From Phoronis australis (lineage: Eukaryota; Animalia; Phoronida), in the NCBI GenBank assembly GCA_002633005.1, contig NMRA01000002.1, positions 698,044 to 762,043 on the forward strand: 64,000 nucleotides of DNA, in the 5' to 3' direction. A program made the position numbers and the translations under genes. The stretch's first letter is position 1, and every line of letters starts with the position of its first letter. Shown piece after piece: positions 1 through 13,228 of this stretch. The notes under the pieces were generated by a model that saw only the letters and a list, made by a program, of their open reading frames with translations, ran no database searches and was not told the origin of the DNA.

Positions 1-96
1 CTTGAGGTATTGCCGTTTATTTTAAATGAGAACACGTGACTTTGACTAGGTCTTAGCTAGGTCCTAGCGAAGGTCCAAGAGTCTACTGAACGCACG
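1..96 (-). mobile_element. Partial copy of MITE family A (inverted relative to 22571-22725)
   Basis: Reverse complement of 1-96 (gtgcgttcagtagac..ggacct.cgctaggacctagctaa.acctagtcaaagtcacgtgttctca.ttaaaata.acggcaata) closely matches 22576-22670. Truncated by the window edge. Confidence 0.85.
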
Positions 97-97
97 C

Positions 98-177
98 CTG
101 ATTGGTTCTTGATGAAGACTTCCGGCTTAAGGTGCCTTGATCGGTTGACCCAGTGAAACCGGTGAAGTCAATCACTT
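98..177 (+). repeat. Dispersed repeat family B (core tgattggttctcgatgacgacttccggctta)
   Basis: The same core recurs at about 16633-16680 (inverted), split at 39977/40373, and at about 49226-49310. Confidence 0.7.
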
Positions 178-1569
178 AAGTGTACGGATATTTGAGCGAA
201 TTCGTAACGCTGCTTTTCATAGATTTTATCATTTCGAAATCCAACAAATATAAGCTAGAACACGTACAGTGTACTCAAAGTAACCTGGAAGTTTTATGAG
301 AGTTGTGCGACATGAGATAATTTGTAATAAAGTTCACTGACTAATTTTATTTTTGGTTAAAAACTGAGTAGAAGCTAACGGAAGGCAGTTCACGCTCATC
401 CGATTGAGCGTTCCACAGGAAAGAGTTGCTGAGTAGTTGAAATTAATGTATGATTAACGAGAGACTACTTCCGTCGTGAACAGTGGATTAATAGCCGGAT
501 GCTATCTCCTTCTCTGTTGTAACTCTGTGCGTGCTTGCACATGCAGCTTCATGGGAACGCAATTCCAAAAATCATATCGTAAAGCAAAATCGTGAAAATG
601 GGCCCAAACCAAAATCTGAAACGTAGGACTTTTAACACATGTCGTTCAGACATTTACACTATTTAGCTGGCGTAAAACGAACACCGAATGAGACCTTTTA
701 CTCTCTTAAAACATGATATGACTCTATTTCCATCATAAACAAGAACATTGAAACCACCAGCGACTCAAGATAACGCTTCAGAGTTAATTGCTGTTGGCGC
801 ACGTACGCAAGGCATGTGAATTGAGTTGGTAACGGAAATACAATTCTGTCACGGATAGGAATATTATGAAGCCGTTTTGATCAGAGTAAAGGCTTGCGCT
901 ATTTTCGTTTTTAACCACATAAACAGGGCGTGGACAGTTTAGGAATAGCTGGAAGAAATATGTTAAAGAAACTTGTTCCGTTAGATTCACCAATTTAAAA
1001 CACGTGGTTAGTCTCGTTAGTCTAAAGACATCACTAAAATGTAAACATGTCTTAACTATCATCCCTGTTTGCCTTATTTTACTGTTATTTTGTTTTTAAA
1101 TTGGGCGGGTTCCCAATGAAATCTCATTACTTATGGCGGCAGTTGATTGAGTACCCATAATGCAAGTATGGTGTTCTTATTTTAGACAAATGTTTAATAT
1201 ATTCTAAACATTGCATTAAAATCCCATCCGAAAAGGTGGGCCTATTTAATGTACGTGATTTATGTCTGATTTATGTCTACCGACCACAGATATTTGTTTT
1301 CTCAAAATGAGTTCCCTAATTTGAAAAATTGGAAAACGGCAATTATTGAACCAATGAGCTCAGAATAGCTTTGGACTCGGAAAAGTAATAAGACAACTTG
1401 GTCTAATATGAAAGACATAGAATCGAGTCTCAGTAACAAAGCACAATACAGTCTCGCCTAATTACGTTCTGTAGCACTAATGAGACGCTACAAGCGAGAG
1501 AATAAAGACGCGTCTTATCTCCGAGATGGACTCAACGCTGGCAGATATTACGATCTCCCGCGCAGGTCA

Positions 1570-1578
1570 CGCATGCGC
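1570..1578. promoter_or_regulatory. NRF1-like motif upstream of the putative first exon
   Basis: CGCATGCGC in a CpG-containing patch about 160 bp upstream of ATG 1737. Motif match only. Confidence 0.25.
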
Positions 1579-1736
1579 GCGAACACTGCCCAAGAACATA
1601 ATGCCAATATTCCTCATCACTTATTATCCAGTCGTTGTTCGAGCGCACTGAAACCATCCATCTGGCGTGTTTGCTCTTTGTGACTGCACAGAGGTGATAA
1701 TTGCCAAGTTGTTTTTACTGCTCATTAAAGTGTGCG

Positions 1737-1774
1737 ATGGAGGAGCGGCTGGAATCACTGAAAAACTTTTTCAG
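1737..1774 (+). CDS. SYT15: Synaptotagmin-15-like, putative exon 1 (MEERLESLKNFF+AG)
   Basis: ATG at 1737 and strong donor CAG|GTAAGG at 1774/1775. Phase 2 joins in frame to the acceptor at 25850 (AG+C=Ser). No homology support for this peptide. Confidence 0.5.
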
Positions 1775-3089
1775 GTAAGGATTGACGTACATGGCATTAG
1801 AGTTACTTTTAAGTAGCAGGTGGTTGCCCTCAGAATCATTACTTTAAAAAGTAATTATTCTGAAGCTAATCACCCATTTATTGTGCTATCTCAGACACAT
1901 CAACGACGATACAGTTTAGAAACAGCATTTATGGAAATGAGTCGACGAGTTTAAGGTCTTCAAGATTTACATATTTAATGTCTTTAACGAGATATTGTTA
2001 GCTGTAAGATTTCACCAGTGGCACTCAAAATATCCGATGAACCCTGTTAAAATGTTAAAAATCATGTTGCTAAGGCGAAACTAAAATTGTAAGTGGTACC
2101 GATCAGTGCTTGTTTTGATGAAGATTGATTTCGCACTGTGGAACTGTCATAGGCTAGCTACCAGATATTACGTATTGCTACTGTTTTTAGGAGAGCAGAA
2201 TCAGGTTACTGCGGCTAAGATGCCAACATAAAACAGAATAGATAATTGTTAGGATACCGTTACTTGGTGTGACTCTACTGAGGATCATCTTAAACAAGAA
2301 ACTACATGTCACTTATCAAGATACACAAGCTGTTTACCATCGCTGACAGGGTTATTAATTACTAAATCAATCAATTCGTCACACCAATTAACGACGGATG
2401 CAGGGGTAACTTTGTCGTGTTTGTTACAGTCTTCAGTTAATCTCCTGCGAGCAAATATTTTAATAAAGGTTTTGTTTAAATGTGCGTAAGAGTAAGATAA
2501 TCAAGAACAAATTATCAAATGGTCATGCAATAATGCCGAGGCTATGCTTAGGTCCTGTTTAAGATATAATTCTATTGCCACCACTCTCATGCCCTCACAC
2601 GGCATATCTGTGCCTGTATTCGGAATGAGTCCGATTATAGGCTCCTGTGCTTGCTTTCGGAGCCACATTTAAACATCCTTTTGTTTATAGGGTCTCCCAA
2701 AATGCCACGGAGTATCAAACAAAAATACGGCTTTATGAGAATCTAATGCACGCCCTCGGGCGTACCACCAGACACTCGCAGTAGCGGCATAAAGGTTCTG
2801 TTGGCCCCTACTGTAATGGGATACGTTTACGTTGCTCTCCTTCGGGCATAGCAAAGTAATAACAAAAGACACGCTCCCAACTTGACTGAAACTAATTAAA
2901 CAGACACTGCGTTCTTGTTAGCAACCTGAAAAAATCGTAATTCAAGTTACTCAACCACACCAAATATGGTTCCAAACCATTGGAGGAAATTATGTTCATC
3001 CTCAAACGTACATTGTGGACATTGTGGAGAAGAGGTTGTCAAAACGACATTGATTTTGGCAGTATGGATCAGACCTTCCAAAACTGAAG

Positions 3090-3360
3090 AGCTTAATCTC
3101 CATTGCTTCATCTCCATCGCATCATCAGTTATAGACAACAGATTTGCAACTCTCTTCCAATGCAAAACTCGGCTTCCTGTTAATGAGCAGACGACGCTTG
3201 GGCCGAAATTTAAAGTGTCATTCAACCTGTGCCTTCTCCCCAAAACCCAAATTTTGATTTTGACAACTCACCGTTATGAAGTCAGTATCAAGTTGCTGGT
3301 TGGTCAAAATCGATTTCTCGGCTTGGAAAGAACTGACAGTTCGTTATTTTTTTTCTGGCC
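3090..3360 (-). pseudogene. Possible decayed Myb/SANT-like remnant (Harbinger accessory protein type)
   Basis: Minus-strand fragments K*RTVSSFQAEKSILTN and SRVLHWKRVANLLS..MEMKQW resemble the spacing of Myb/SANT-like motifs. Broken frames; weak. Confidence 0.25.
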
Positions 3361-3732
3361 AATCTCATTAAACTTAAGGTCACGGCATGACCGGAAATGT
3401 CATGAGCTTGGTCTGAACACATAACGAACTGTTAGTTCTCGCCCAGATCGCTTCTGAGCTAAGTAGTGAACAAGTCAAGACACAACTTTTTAACGGTGAG
3501 TGTCCTTAAAATTTAGTTTTGAACAGAAAGCACGGGCTTAACGCCGTTTTAACGTACTGTCAGACGGTGATTACAGGAACTGATCAAGGTCTTCTTGATA
3601 GCAAAATGGTGTTCACGGACATTATAAAACGCCTGTTGTGTCCAAAGTCTTTTGAAGCTGATCTACAGATAAATAACAAATGGTCATGAATAAGTAAACC
3701 AAAATCAAATTGGGAAAACCCTTCAGCACCCC

Positions 3733-3886
3733 TTCCGTACGTGTATTCTTCGGAGGTGAACGTTATTTGGGCTTGTGCGCACAGAAAGACATGTGACTTT
3801 CAACCTTGACAATGATTGGCCGTATGACTGAAGTTCGCACAGGCGCAGATAACATTCACGCCGAGGGGAAATTTATGTTACGGATG
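3733..3886. mobile_element. Small palindromic MITE, family C
   Basis: Inverted arms gtgaacgttatttgggcttgtgcgcac / gttcgcacaggcgcagataacattcac. Second copy at about 29192-29330. Confidence 0.65.
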
Positions 3887-5899
3887 TTCCAGGTGTCCTG
3901 ATCACTAGCGGGTGATTTTTTATAGGATGAGCAGTAGCGAATGGCTAATTTTGACGTTCGTGACAATCTCTCGACAAACGCCCGACTGTCGGCTGATATG
4001 ATCATTTTTCTACCGCGAACTCATTTGATCGGCGACAGAACTTCTATGCGACCGAGACTAAAGATATGAATGGCTGCAAAATAGCAATTGTTTTTATCAG
4101 TAGATGGCAGTTGTAAATACTTACTTAGGATTAAAGACATCCTTTCCTTTCAATAGCTTTGAAGACTTATGAGTTAACGAGTCGTAAAATAACATAAAGT
4201 GTAATATTTTACTGCTCTGTGTCTATTATATTTTTACAATCAATCTGTTTTTAAGAAGTGAGTTTGGGCATCACTCACCTTAGGCAACATATTGTTGGCG
4301 TTTGCATCAGAAATATGAAGGATTATATATGTTTACATACTTGAGAGTGTAGTTGAAAAAATGTCATGTTGAAAGACCACCATTTTCGAGAACGGTTTCA
4401 TTAAGTTGGTTTAAGTTAAAATCCAATTTTTGAAAGTTCAACGAAAATGATATCGGAAGAACAGATTACATTTACGATGATTTTGGTGCGCAGTAACAGA
4501 ATCTGCATAATCTGAATGGCATATACTTTGTTAAAAAGGGTCACCACCCTGTCCCTACTTTTCCACACGAAACAGCTCAAATTTCTAAAATTATTACTTC
4601 TTTTGAATAAACATCAAAGTGATCCAGGTATTTGTAATTGAAAATTGGCTTTAAGTTTTACCTGTACGCGGCGGTACGATTTAAACAAACTTATTTTTAC
4701 TGCTATTTTAACACATTTTTATTAATTTCTCTTGTTTAAAGTGACCAACCTTGTTTAAATTTGCCTGTATGAATGCACGAGACAACATTTTTGATCGATA
4801 ATGATAAAATGTTTATGAGCTCTAATTTTCAATATCTTGTCTTGGCCAAACTCAAAGAGCAGCCAACTTTAAACGCGTTAACATTTTACGTTTGAAAGAC
4901 ACGGATATGGGAAAGGTGAATGGAAAATACCAGATCAAAGAAACACCTATTTTTCATTGCTCCTACAACGCAGAGCCCATTTACTAGTACCGTTGAAGTC
5001 TAACTATTGCAGTCACCCATTTGATGCGTGGAAATGAATGAATGAGAATAAAGATGTAGACGCAGCGGCTTGAGTTTCATCGGTCTGTCCTCAATTGCTA
5101 CACGATTATGCGTGTGCATACAGAATTAGCATATCTAAGATAAAAAGCAATGATTTACTAATTAAGTCCAAATACCCCTCGGCTGAGTTTGAAATGTTCA
5201 CTAAAGCTCTTGGCATTTCTTGCTTGTTTATTCACTTTGAATGTTTTAAATAAGTGGATGGAATTGCATCGCTTGCCGTAATAGGGTACTTAAAACTGCG
5301 AATTAAACGGAATGTCTCTAAGTTTGTATTTGAATTAATTACTTGGCATCGTATTTGTCTTTCCCTTGGCTTTTCAATTTACCCTCCGGACTGGAAAACG
5401 AGCCCCTGGACAATACTTCTGACAAATAGCATACTTTATACATTTTGTAATCATACTTATAATTTGCTTAAGTTAGTGTTTAGACTTGGCATTCGACCTT
5501 GTGCACTAGGGCTATTAATGCAATGTAATTAAGTCGGAGATGGTGATATATCTCATGTGTGTGACATCTTTCTACTGCCATCGCGTGGGTTTAGAGCAGG
5601 ACTCAGTTGAGTGACTTTATTTTTCTTTTTCGTTAACGCATGCGTATTAGCTGACCACGTGAAAGACAAATTTCGTCCTATGGGACAAACCCTAAACGTT
5701 TTAAACGCAGAAAACAATGTTACCACCTAATCGTCTTGCCTGAGTCGATACACTGTAGATGGTTTATTTACTTCATTATGCGTTTTCCAAGAGTGGAATA
5801 CAATGTATTCTTAAGCTCTTAAGTTTAAAGTCGGTCATTTTTCCAATTACGTCTTCAACGTGAAACCAAGAGATGTGTAAAATAAAAGGCCACTAACCC

Positions 5900-6905
5900 T
5901 GTTTTGATGACTTCAACCAATACTTTCTCTGCCACCCACTAATGCTTCATTGGCGTCCCACGTGAGTGTTGAAAGCAGGATTTAGCTAAAAACAAATACT
6001 CTGTAATTAGTTATTATGATTTTTGGTGAGTGGTCTTTTCCTGCAGATGTCGCGTAACTCGCCTAAACCGTAAGTAGTACAGTTTTCAAAAAAAAAAAAA
6101 AATCAAACTTTTGATTGTTGAGTACTATTTCATTTCGGTGGAAATGAACAGGAAAACTGTTTTTAGTATCAGTCAATAGGCCAAAACCGCGTTTGGTATT
6201 CTTTTAACTCTACTAAGGTATTCCCCTCAGAGGAGACTGTGTGCATGGCTCAGTGGTTTGAACTCTAGACTCCCGTTTGGAAATTGCGGATTCGAATCCT
6301 GGCTTCACTGGGTGACAATCGAGCAATGTACAAAGGTGTCTCCTACTTCTCTGAGCTCGGTCTTACCAGTGACATATATGCAAGGGAATGAATGAGAACC
6401 TGGATATAATGCGAAAGCGATTTCTGGGGCTGTACTCATATTTAAAAATTTCCCTTACCAACCTAGCATCAGGTTCAATATTCAGTCTTTCAAGCCTTAT
6501 GACTTTTAAAGAGTTTATGGACTCTTAAAAGGATACTAAACAGTGCTTTGATGATTTTAACCAAACCACATACTGTCACCTGCTAATACATCATTGGCGC
6601 CGATCTTGAAAAATAAAAGCAGGAATCAACTAAAAACAAACCCCCAATCTCACAAATGGTCACACTATGGTCCTTAGTGGGTGGTCTTTTCCCATAGTTG
6701 CCGTACAAATCGCTAAAAGCGTAGGTCACGCTTGCCCGTTTAGCAGACTTTAAAACGAGTTTTTGAATTTTCCTCAAAACTTTTGAGTGTTGTCAAGGGT
6801 TTTTGAGCATTATTTTGTTTCAGAGAACTGGATAGAGAAGTTGTTTTTAGTATCTGTTAGTAAGCCAAAACCGGATTTGGTATCCTTTCGAATACTCCAG
6901 GTGTA
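5900..6905 (+). repeat. Two diverged direct copies of a 320-360 bp repeat (about 5900-6220 and 6545-6905)
   Basis: Colinear shared blocks: tttgatga.tt.aaccaa, tcattggcg, aaagcagga, taaaaacaaa, gtggtcttttcc, tgtttttagtatc, gccaaaacc..tttggtat. Confidence 0.7.
6240..6440 (+). mobile_element. tRNA-derived SINE remnant
   Basis: Pol III A box TGGCTCAGTGG (about 6246) and B-box-like GGATTCGAATCC (about 6288) at tRNA spacing, followed by a non-tRNA body. No intact cloverleaf. Confidence 0.6.
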
Positions 6906-7045
6906 CATCGTAGCATGGAAAATCCGAGTCCTAGTTTTGTCACCATTCTGATGATTGTGTAATTGGTTGGAAACTGGTGGTCGGTGCCTGCTGACTTGAC
7001 CATGAACCGAAAGATCGCATGTCAAGACTAACGCGCAACATTTAA

Positions 7046-8772
7046 AGGAGAATGCCACCGGATTTAATTAGTCTTTCTTGACTTCTTAATCGGCCTATAT
7101 CCACATCGCCTCGCATACGGTCGACCTTACCTTGCCAAGAGGTGTCGCGTTAACCTGTGAGGAAGGTGAGAAACGACGCTAGCGACGTCAGCGGTTCATA
7201 TGCAGAGTGAATGCCGCTATGTTGCAATGCATCGTTTCCGCTTGTCCGAACTAAGCAGCTGCGAGGAAAGCGGGTATATCGTTTTTTTTTACTTCCTCGA
7301 GAGTCCGAAATGCTTAGGAAGTGGCTCATGGTAGTGAAGAATGAAATGTACGCTGTAAATAGCAAGTATGAGGCAAATATCTCCATACATTCCGTTGTCT
7401 GAGCTTGTTCACGGCGCCTCTCTACTCAGTATTTCTTCATTATACACCGGTGACCTAAAGTCGTGAATATAAGCATAATAAGCAGTGGATTGTCATACTA
7501 CCCAATGTCCGTTTGCAACTGCTCATGTGATGTCATGGACATATATCAGCCTTCACAAATGTTCGAATTGATAGCCTGTAAAACTTAACGATCCACCTGC
7601 GAAGTCGGGACTGATGCGCTCTAGCTCGCCCTAAGTCGGGATTGCGAGTTGCCATCATGTTGGCGTTTATTACTGAGCGTTCTGTTTCAAAATGAATCAT
7701 TCTCACCCTAACCAATACTTATATAAAACCGAAACATAGTCTGTCTCATTAGACGCAATTTGTAATGCCTTTGGAGTGTTCGTGAGTGCAAATGATTTGA
7801 GAAGCCAGCAATTAATAAATCACTGCGTTACCGGCGGCTTTAGGTGCAATAAAACTAATTGACGGGACACCTAGGCCGTGTGAGCTCATGCTAATTTAGT
7901 GCTTGCTGGCAGAAACTGTTGTGAAACAACTCGATTTCCATCCCACGGCCAGGTGTTACGGGAATATTTATTTACATTTACATTACTCAAATAATGGTTG
8001 TCAATACAACTTCTGCCCTGACGGTGATGTGACCAAAGCGGAACCTGAATTCGCGTCCTTCGACGAGTAACGAAGTAGATTTGCAGTTTCGTGGCTAATT
8101 CACCAACATAATCAGGTGCACATTACTTTGGCTCACTAGTATAGTATTATCTTGACTGGAAGTTTAGTTTCCACTGAACTTTGGCTGGTTCATGTTTGTG
8201 ATGTCTGATCAGTTTCCGAGCCACTGGCGGGAATAACCCGGCAGTCAATCCGGCCGGCCGCGACGGGCCTGATCGGGCTCCGAGCCACTGGCCAGGCTAA
8301 CAAGCGTTTTGTGTTTAGAACTCAAAAATCACAAGTCTAAACAACACAGATCTAGGTACTCCTGTCTGTATCTCACGGAAATTATCTCCGAACAGAACCC
8401 CAACTCCTGCTACGGACCTTATTGGCCTGCCGAACTTTGTGGGCTACGGTGTGTCCAAATACCAATAAATCCGTAAGAGCGAAATAAAACAACACTTTTT
8501 TGTAAGAACTCGGTGTATTTTTAAGGGTTTTATATCGAAGTTTGATGATTTATTGGTGTTAAACAATGACTTCAAGCGATAAGCTGACACCAGTAACCCG
8601 TGTTGTGAACTGCTAAACAGACTGCGTGAGAAACCGATGACGTCATTGGATAATTTCAACACCTCCGTCTGCCGTCAGGTGTCAGGTAACGCAACCGTAC
8701 GTGTCGTTATGGAGTAGAACTACTCAATCTAAACTGATACAAATTAGGTTGTTTTTTGGGTGGCATGCTCCT
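7046..8772. mobile_element. Kolobok-type non-autonomous DNA transposon
   Basis: 14-bp TIRs AGGAGAATGCCACC / GGTGGCATGCTCCT (1 mismatch), each flanked by TTAA (7042-7045 and 8773-8776). The right end is shared with 60442-60640. Confidence 0.7.
7211..7430 (+). pseudogene. Degenerate THAP zinc-finger remnant
   Basis: MPLCC...RVYRFFLLPRESEMLRKWL..VK...V*ACSRR follows the THAP layout (C-x-C, FxxP, W, CSxHF) with lost ligands and a stop. Confidence 0.5.
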
Positions 8773-11700
8773 TTAAGCACGGCATACACCTGCAGGTGAT
8801 TCTGAACTTGTACATGTATCTCTTACGCGCTCACCATGCAGGCTTCCGATACGACAGCACGGCCTCGCAAAACATTGCCATATCTTAGCCATTGAAAGGC
8901 ATTCTTTAGTTTGATGACATAGGGCTGGGTAGTAGATTCGGTCATGATAAAAACTTCATTTTAGGGAGTCTGTAACAGAGTCCAACAAGACTCTGTGGCG
9001 TTGTGGCAGGGTAGACGTACGTCTCTTCCGCGACTCTGGTTCGATTCTCGGCTTTGTCAAAAAGACGTACAATCTGGTTCGTTTCATTATTAACAAAGTA
9101 CGTATAATGTGTATGTAAAATGGTAGCTGACACCTGCGGTAATCTTCGATTTGTTTGGAGGTGCAAAAGTCTTGCTATTGAAAACAAAGAAACCTTAGTG
9201 GGTCGATTTTACGTTTCATTAATGATCTTCGGCGCCATTTCCAAGGAAAATAGGCGGCTAGTGAGTGTCGATTTTTAAATGGCCTTTGGACTTCGAGAAA
9301 TCAGATCGATCTGTTAAATTTTGCAGTGTTGATCATGTAGTCCACGACATCATTTTAGTCATTTTCTCTAAAATCGCCCTTGTTTTCTAGTTTTGTGATG
9401 GTCATACGTATTTGATCGGCCGTCCTGCGCCGTCGCAATTACGATCAGTTCTGTTTTCACTAAGTCGATCCCAGAGTTGGTGATCATACTTTTAGAGAAC
9501 CCTAGATGCAAAGAAGAATTAAGTCCTTGAATTATTGCAATCACGATCAAAGTCTTAATTTCATTACAACAATAACTTATTACTATTTTAATTCATCGAC
9601 CCTGATGCTAACCTTCGTCCGAAGGTAGGAATTTCAACTTCTTGAATAATGTGAAAGTTTCCGTGTTCGAACAACTGCACATTATTTAAGTCCCAATGGC
9701 ATGAATTCGTAATCAATCGCTTTTTTGCCATTTACTCAGTATTTTAGAGAAATTTGCATTATATTGTTGATTCCCTAGAGAACGTAATGCAAACTCAGAT
9801 TGTTTACACTAGCTATCCTGTACAGCACCCATGCGCATGCGCTAGTCATGCCCAACTCGAAACCCTGTACTAATGCATTGATGACAACATCCATTTAATT
9901 CAATTTGAATCGAGGAAAGCTCATCTTGTTAACTAAATTGAGGAGGTGGACAATGACGAAACGACGACAACATTTTAACGATTTTAACTATCAAATATCA
10001 AAGCGTATTGCGTGTTGATTTCACATGAAATCAATAGTAATTTCTGCGACGTTCAATCGCTTTGGTATTATGAAAAGTTGGGGATACGCCACCTGTTTTT
10101 TCAGGTAACCCCTGGAAACGCCCTTTTCTTTTCAAAGATCCAAATGCCAAGAGAAGAATTCTAGCGAAACTAAGAAGCTGGTCGCTCACAAAGGTCGACC
10201 ACCTAATTATTCTTATATGATTATGAAAGTTCCGTCTTTTAAACTCACCAGCGGCCAAATTCGACTTAATTATATTGGCCATTACTATGGCAACACTAAA
10301 TCCAAATCTTGGAATAATTTAACAGTAGTAAGAGAACCATAAACAACAATAATGTCAGAACCTTTTGCAATAACAATAACTACAATAGCAAAACTAATAA
10401 CAACAGTATCAACATGAAAGACCATACTGAAACGGAAATACAAACTGGGAACAGTAATAGTTATGGAACGTGAGGAATACTATATATGTAAATGTTAAGT
10501 GTTAGGTTTTAGTCAATTGTACCTACAACAAAGTGGCTTTAACCCGCCTTTCGTCGCAAAAGCCAAGCTTTGAATTAAGAATTAGGAAACGATGTCATTT
10601 GAAACATCCCTTTGAAACAGCTACAAATTATTAAACTGCATTTTTTTTAAAATGCAAGCGATTTATTAAGAATGCCAGAACAAAATCCCCAAAACCAAAC
10701 CACTTTTATAGCGGTAAGTGGTCTAAATCAAAATTTAGTTTCTTCGACGGAACGCAGGTCCATTGTTATCTTGCTCACAAGTACCGCCTGTTATCACGAT
10801 ATTCATGAAGGATTTAAATGCTACCTGTATGTATCTTTGAGATGAGAGGATCACGGGAAATCTTTCAAAATATATTGATATCATGGAAACCTGTCAACAT
10901 GTTTACGTATTCGTTGCAAAAACCCGCAAGTAATTTAATAAAAATGATATCGTCATACACATAAATTGCAAAGATGACATGAATCTTGCTTTGATGTCAT
11001 GAATTGGCTCTTACCTAATGCCTTATTATAATCCGCCAGTTTGTTGTCGTCGGTTCATGCACCACGAGGAAGCGTTCAAAAGCTTTGATTTTGTAAACTG
11101 ATGTCAAATGCTATTAGTTGGCTGCATAACACAGGCTATCAAAACTGAAATACGAATCAAACTGAGAGATTAAGTTGTATATGAGAGATTATTTTGTATA
11201 AACTGACGAATAACGATGTGAATTGGGCTAATCAGATGTCTACACTGGATTAGTAATTTCATTCAACACGCAGCTACAAGGCTTATTGTGTATCCGTTGA
11301 CATGCACAAAAAACAAGAGGAGATATTAATCTTTTTAGTCGATACTCAGATAATCTTCAGACAAGTTGATGGGTCTTCTGTAGAATAACATCTTCACAAT
11401 TGATCATATTGCACACATCAATAACTGCGTTATTTGTCTGCACGGTTTCTCTGAATCACCGACGGGACCTTGTCTCGGTCACAGTTGCAGCTCTCCTCGA
11501 AAAATGAACCCTGGTCTCACCTCCTAATTTCGAACAACTGTGAGATTCCTCTATGAGCATGTATTTAGTGTAAATTTTAACTGGCATATCTGTGCCACTT
11601 TTTGTAGCGCGATTCTGAAACTAGACATTCCTGGGCATGTATCCTAACCAAGTATGGAAGACCCAAGGTGCATGATTTTATGACGACAACCAATCATTTA

Positions 11701-13228
11701 AATGGGCAGCTTGCCGATGTTTAGCTGTCAATGCTGTATTCTTAAATGAAACCCTTTGAAGGCAAAGACAATATCACGCTCACCCGATCTTTAATTACTG
11801 TTGTCATGTGTAATGTGTACATGCGCCATTTTTGAATTCACAAGTTTAAGACGTATTTACATGCTCATAACTATGCTAATGTATAGCAGGAACAAAACGA
11901 CAATGCTATTTGAACATCATCAACGCTAAACAAAGTGCAGTTGTATTCATTGACAACTTGTAAATGTGAAAACAAAAAATCTGCAAATTGGTGACCTTTG
12001 CACTAATGACGTACCTTAGGGGCCCACATAACCGCATCATGCAGTGTCATTCCTCAACACCACGTCACGATACTTACTGTACACGGATGAGTGATTTACG
12101 GCGGATTATTTTCAACACAAAACTTGTTCTTAAAAACATGTGGCAATTTTCAACCTACTTCATATTCACATTGTCGCTATATGTTGTGTTTCTAGCTAAT
12201 TTGACCAAGCAATCACAGAAACAACGAATTAGCGTGCAAGTTCCACTTTAAGGATTGGCTAACCCATATAAACTCGCTGACGATTTGTACATGTATGTTC
12301 TAGCGTTACACTAACATGATGTTACATGATTGCAACAAACTCGCAAGACCCTTGCCTTATTGAACGCGACCCTTGTTTTGAGATTACACGAACTAATGAA
12401 ATCTTTGTAGACGCTAACAAATGATTATGTTTCGATATATCTTCACTTAAAAATACATTGCTTTTCTGACAAAACCTTTTTTTCAATATTGACTTACTAA
12501 TTTAGGGATTGATGCATTTGGGATCATTTGTCAATAACCTCTCCGACGCACCAGCTTTGATTGGTTTGATGAGAATGTTAAAAATTATCACATTCGTTTC
12601 AATTAAGTACTAGTTTGATTAAAGAAAATTCTGCACGACTTCCAGATGCTGAGAATTGTGTGAATCATCAGAAGTCCAATTAACAAATAAAATGTAAATA
12701 TAACTACATCTTTGCTCGCATGCTGATTTAACAAATTTGGCAAAATTTCTAGAAAATGTGGAAATAATGATTTTAATACCTCCAGTCTGCTATATTCTGA
12801 AAAATTAGGTACTTGGAGAGATATTAAAAAATAAACTTACTTTTCCTAAGTGAACCAAAAATGAGCAACCAAATATAAAATGCAGATAATCTTAAACTGA
12901 ATTTGAGTTACAACATATACGTAACCTTTCACCTACAGGAGTAGGGGTGTACATAGCAGCCAGTTTCTACGTGTAGGGCAAGATTGAAACATTTTTTCTT
13001 TTGTCTAGCTGGTCAAAAACTAAATTAAAATTAGGCCACATGCATACCCCTAAAAACGGTCTCGTAATTTCTAATTATAATGATAGGACTTTATTTCTAT
13101 TGCCTCTTGAAACATATACCGGTGACCGCTTAAGTACAACCACAGCTTAGCTATCAATTCCAATAGGTGATTTTTGAAATAACCACGCCATATTAAAATT
13201 CAGTATCCCACCAGACGGCGATCACGTC

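Noticed and set aside
2966-3424. 152-aa plus-strand ORF with HCGHC as a real gene
   Set aside because: No recognisable domain beyond one CxxC, no convincing exon structure, and possibly the antisense of a transposon relic.
6240-6310. tRNA-like segments (also at 42512, 47665, 59990) as functional tRNA genes
   Set aside because: A/B boxes are present but acceptor stems and cloverleaves are broken, so they fit SINE heads better.
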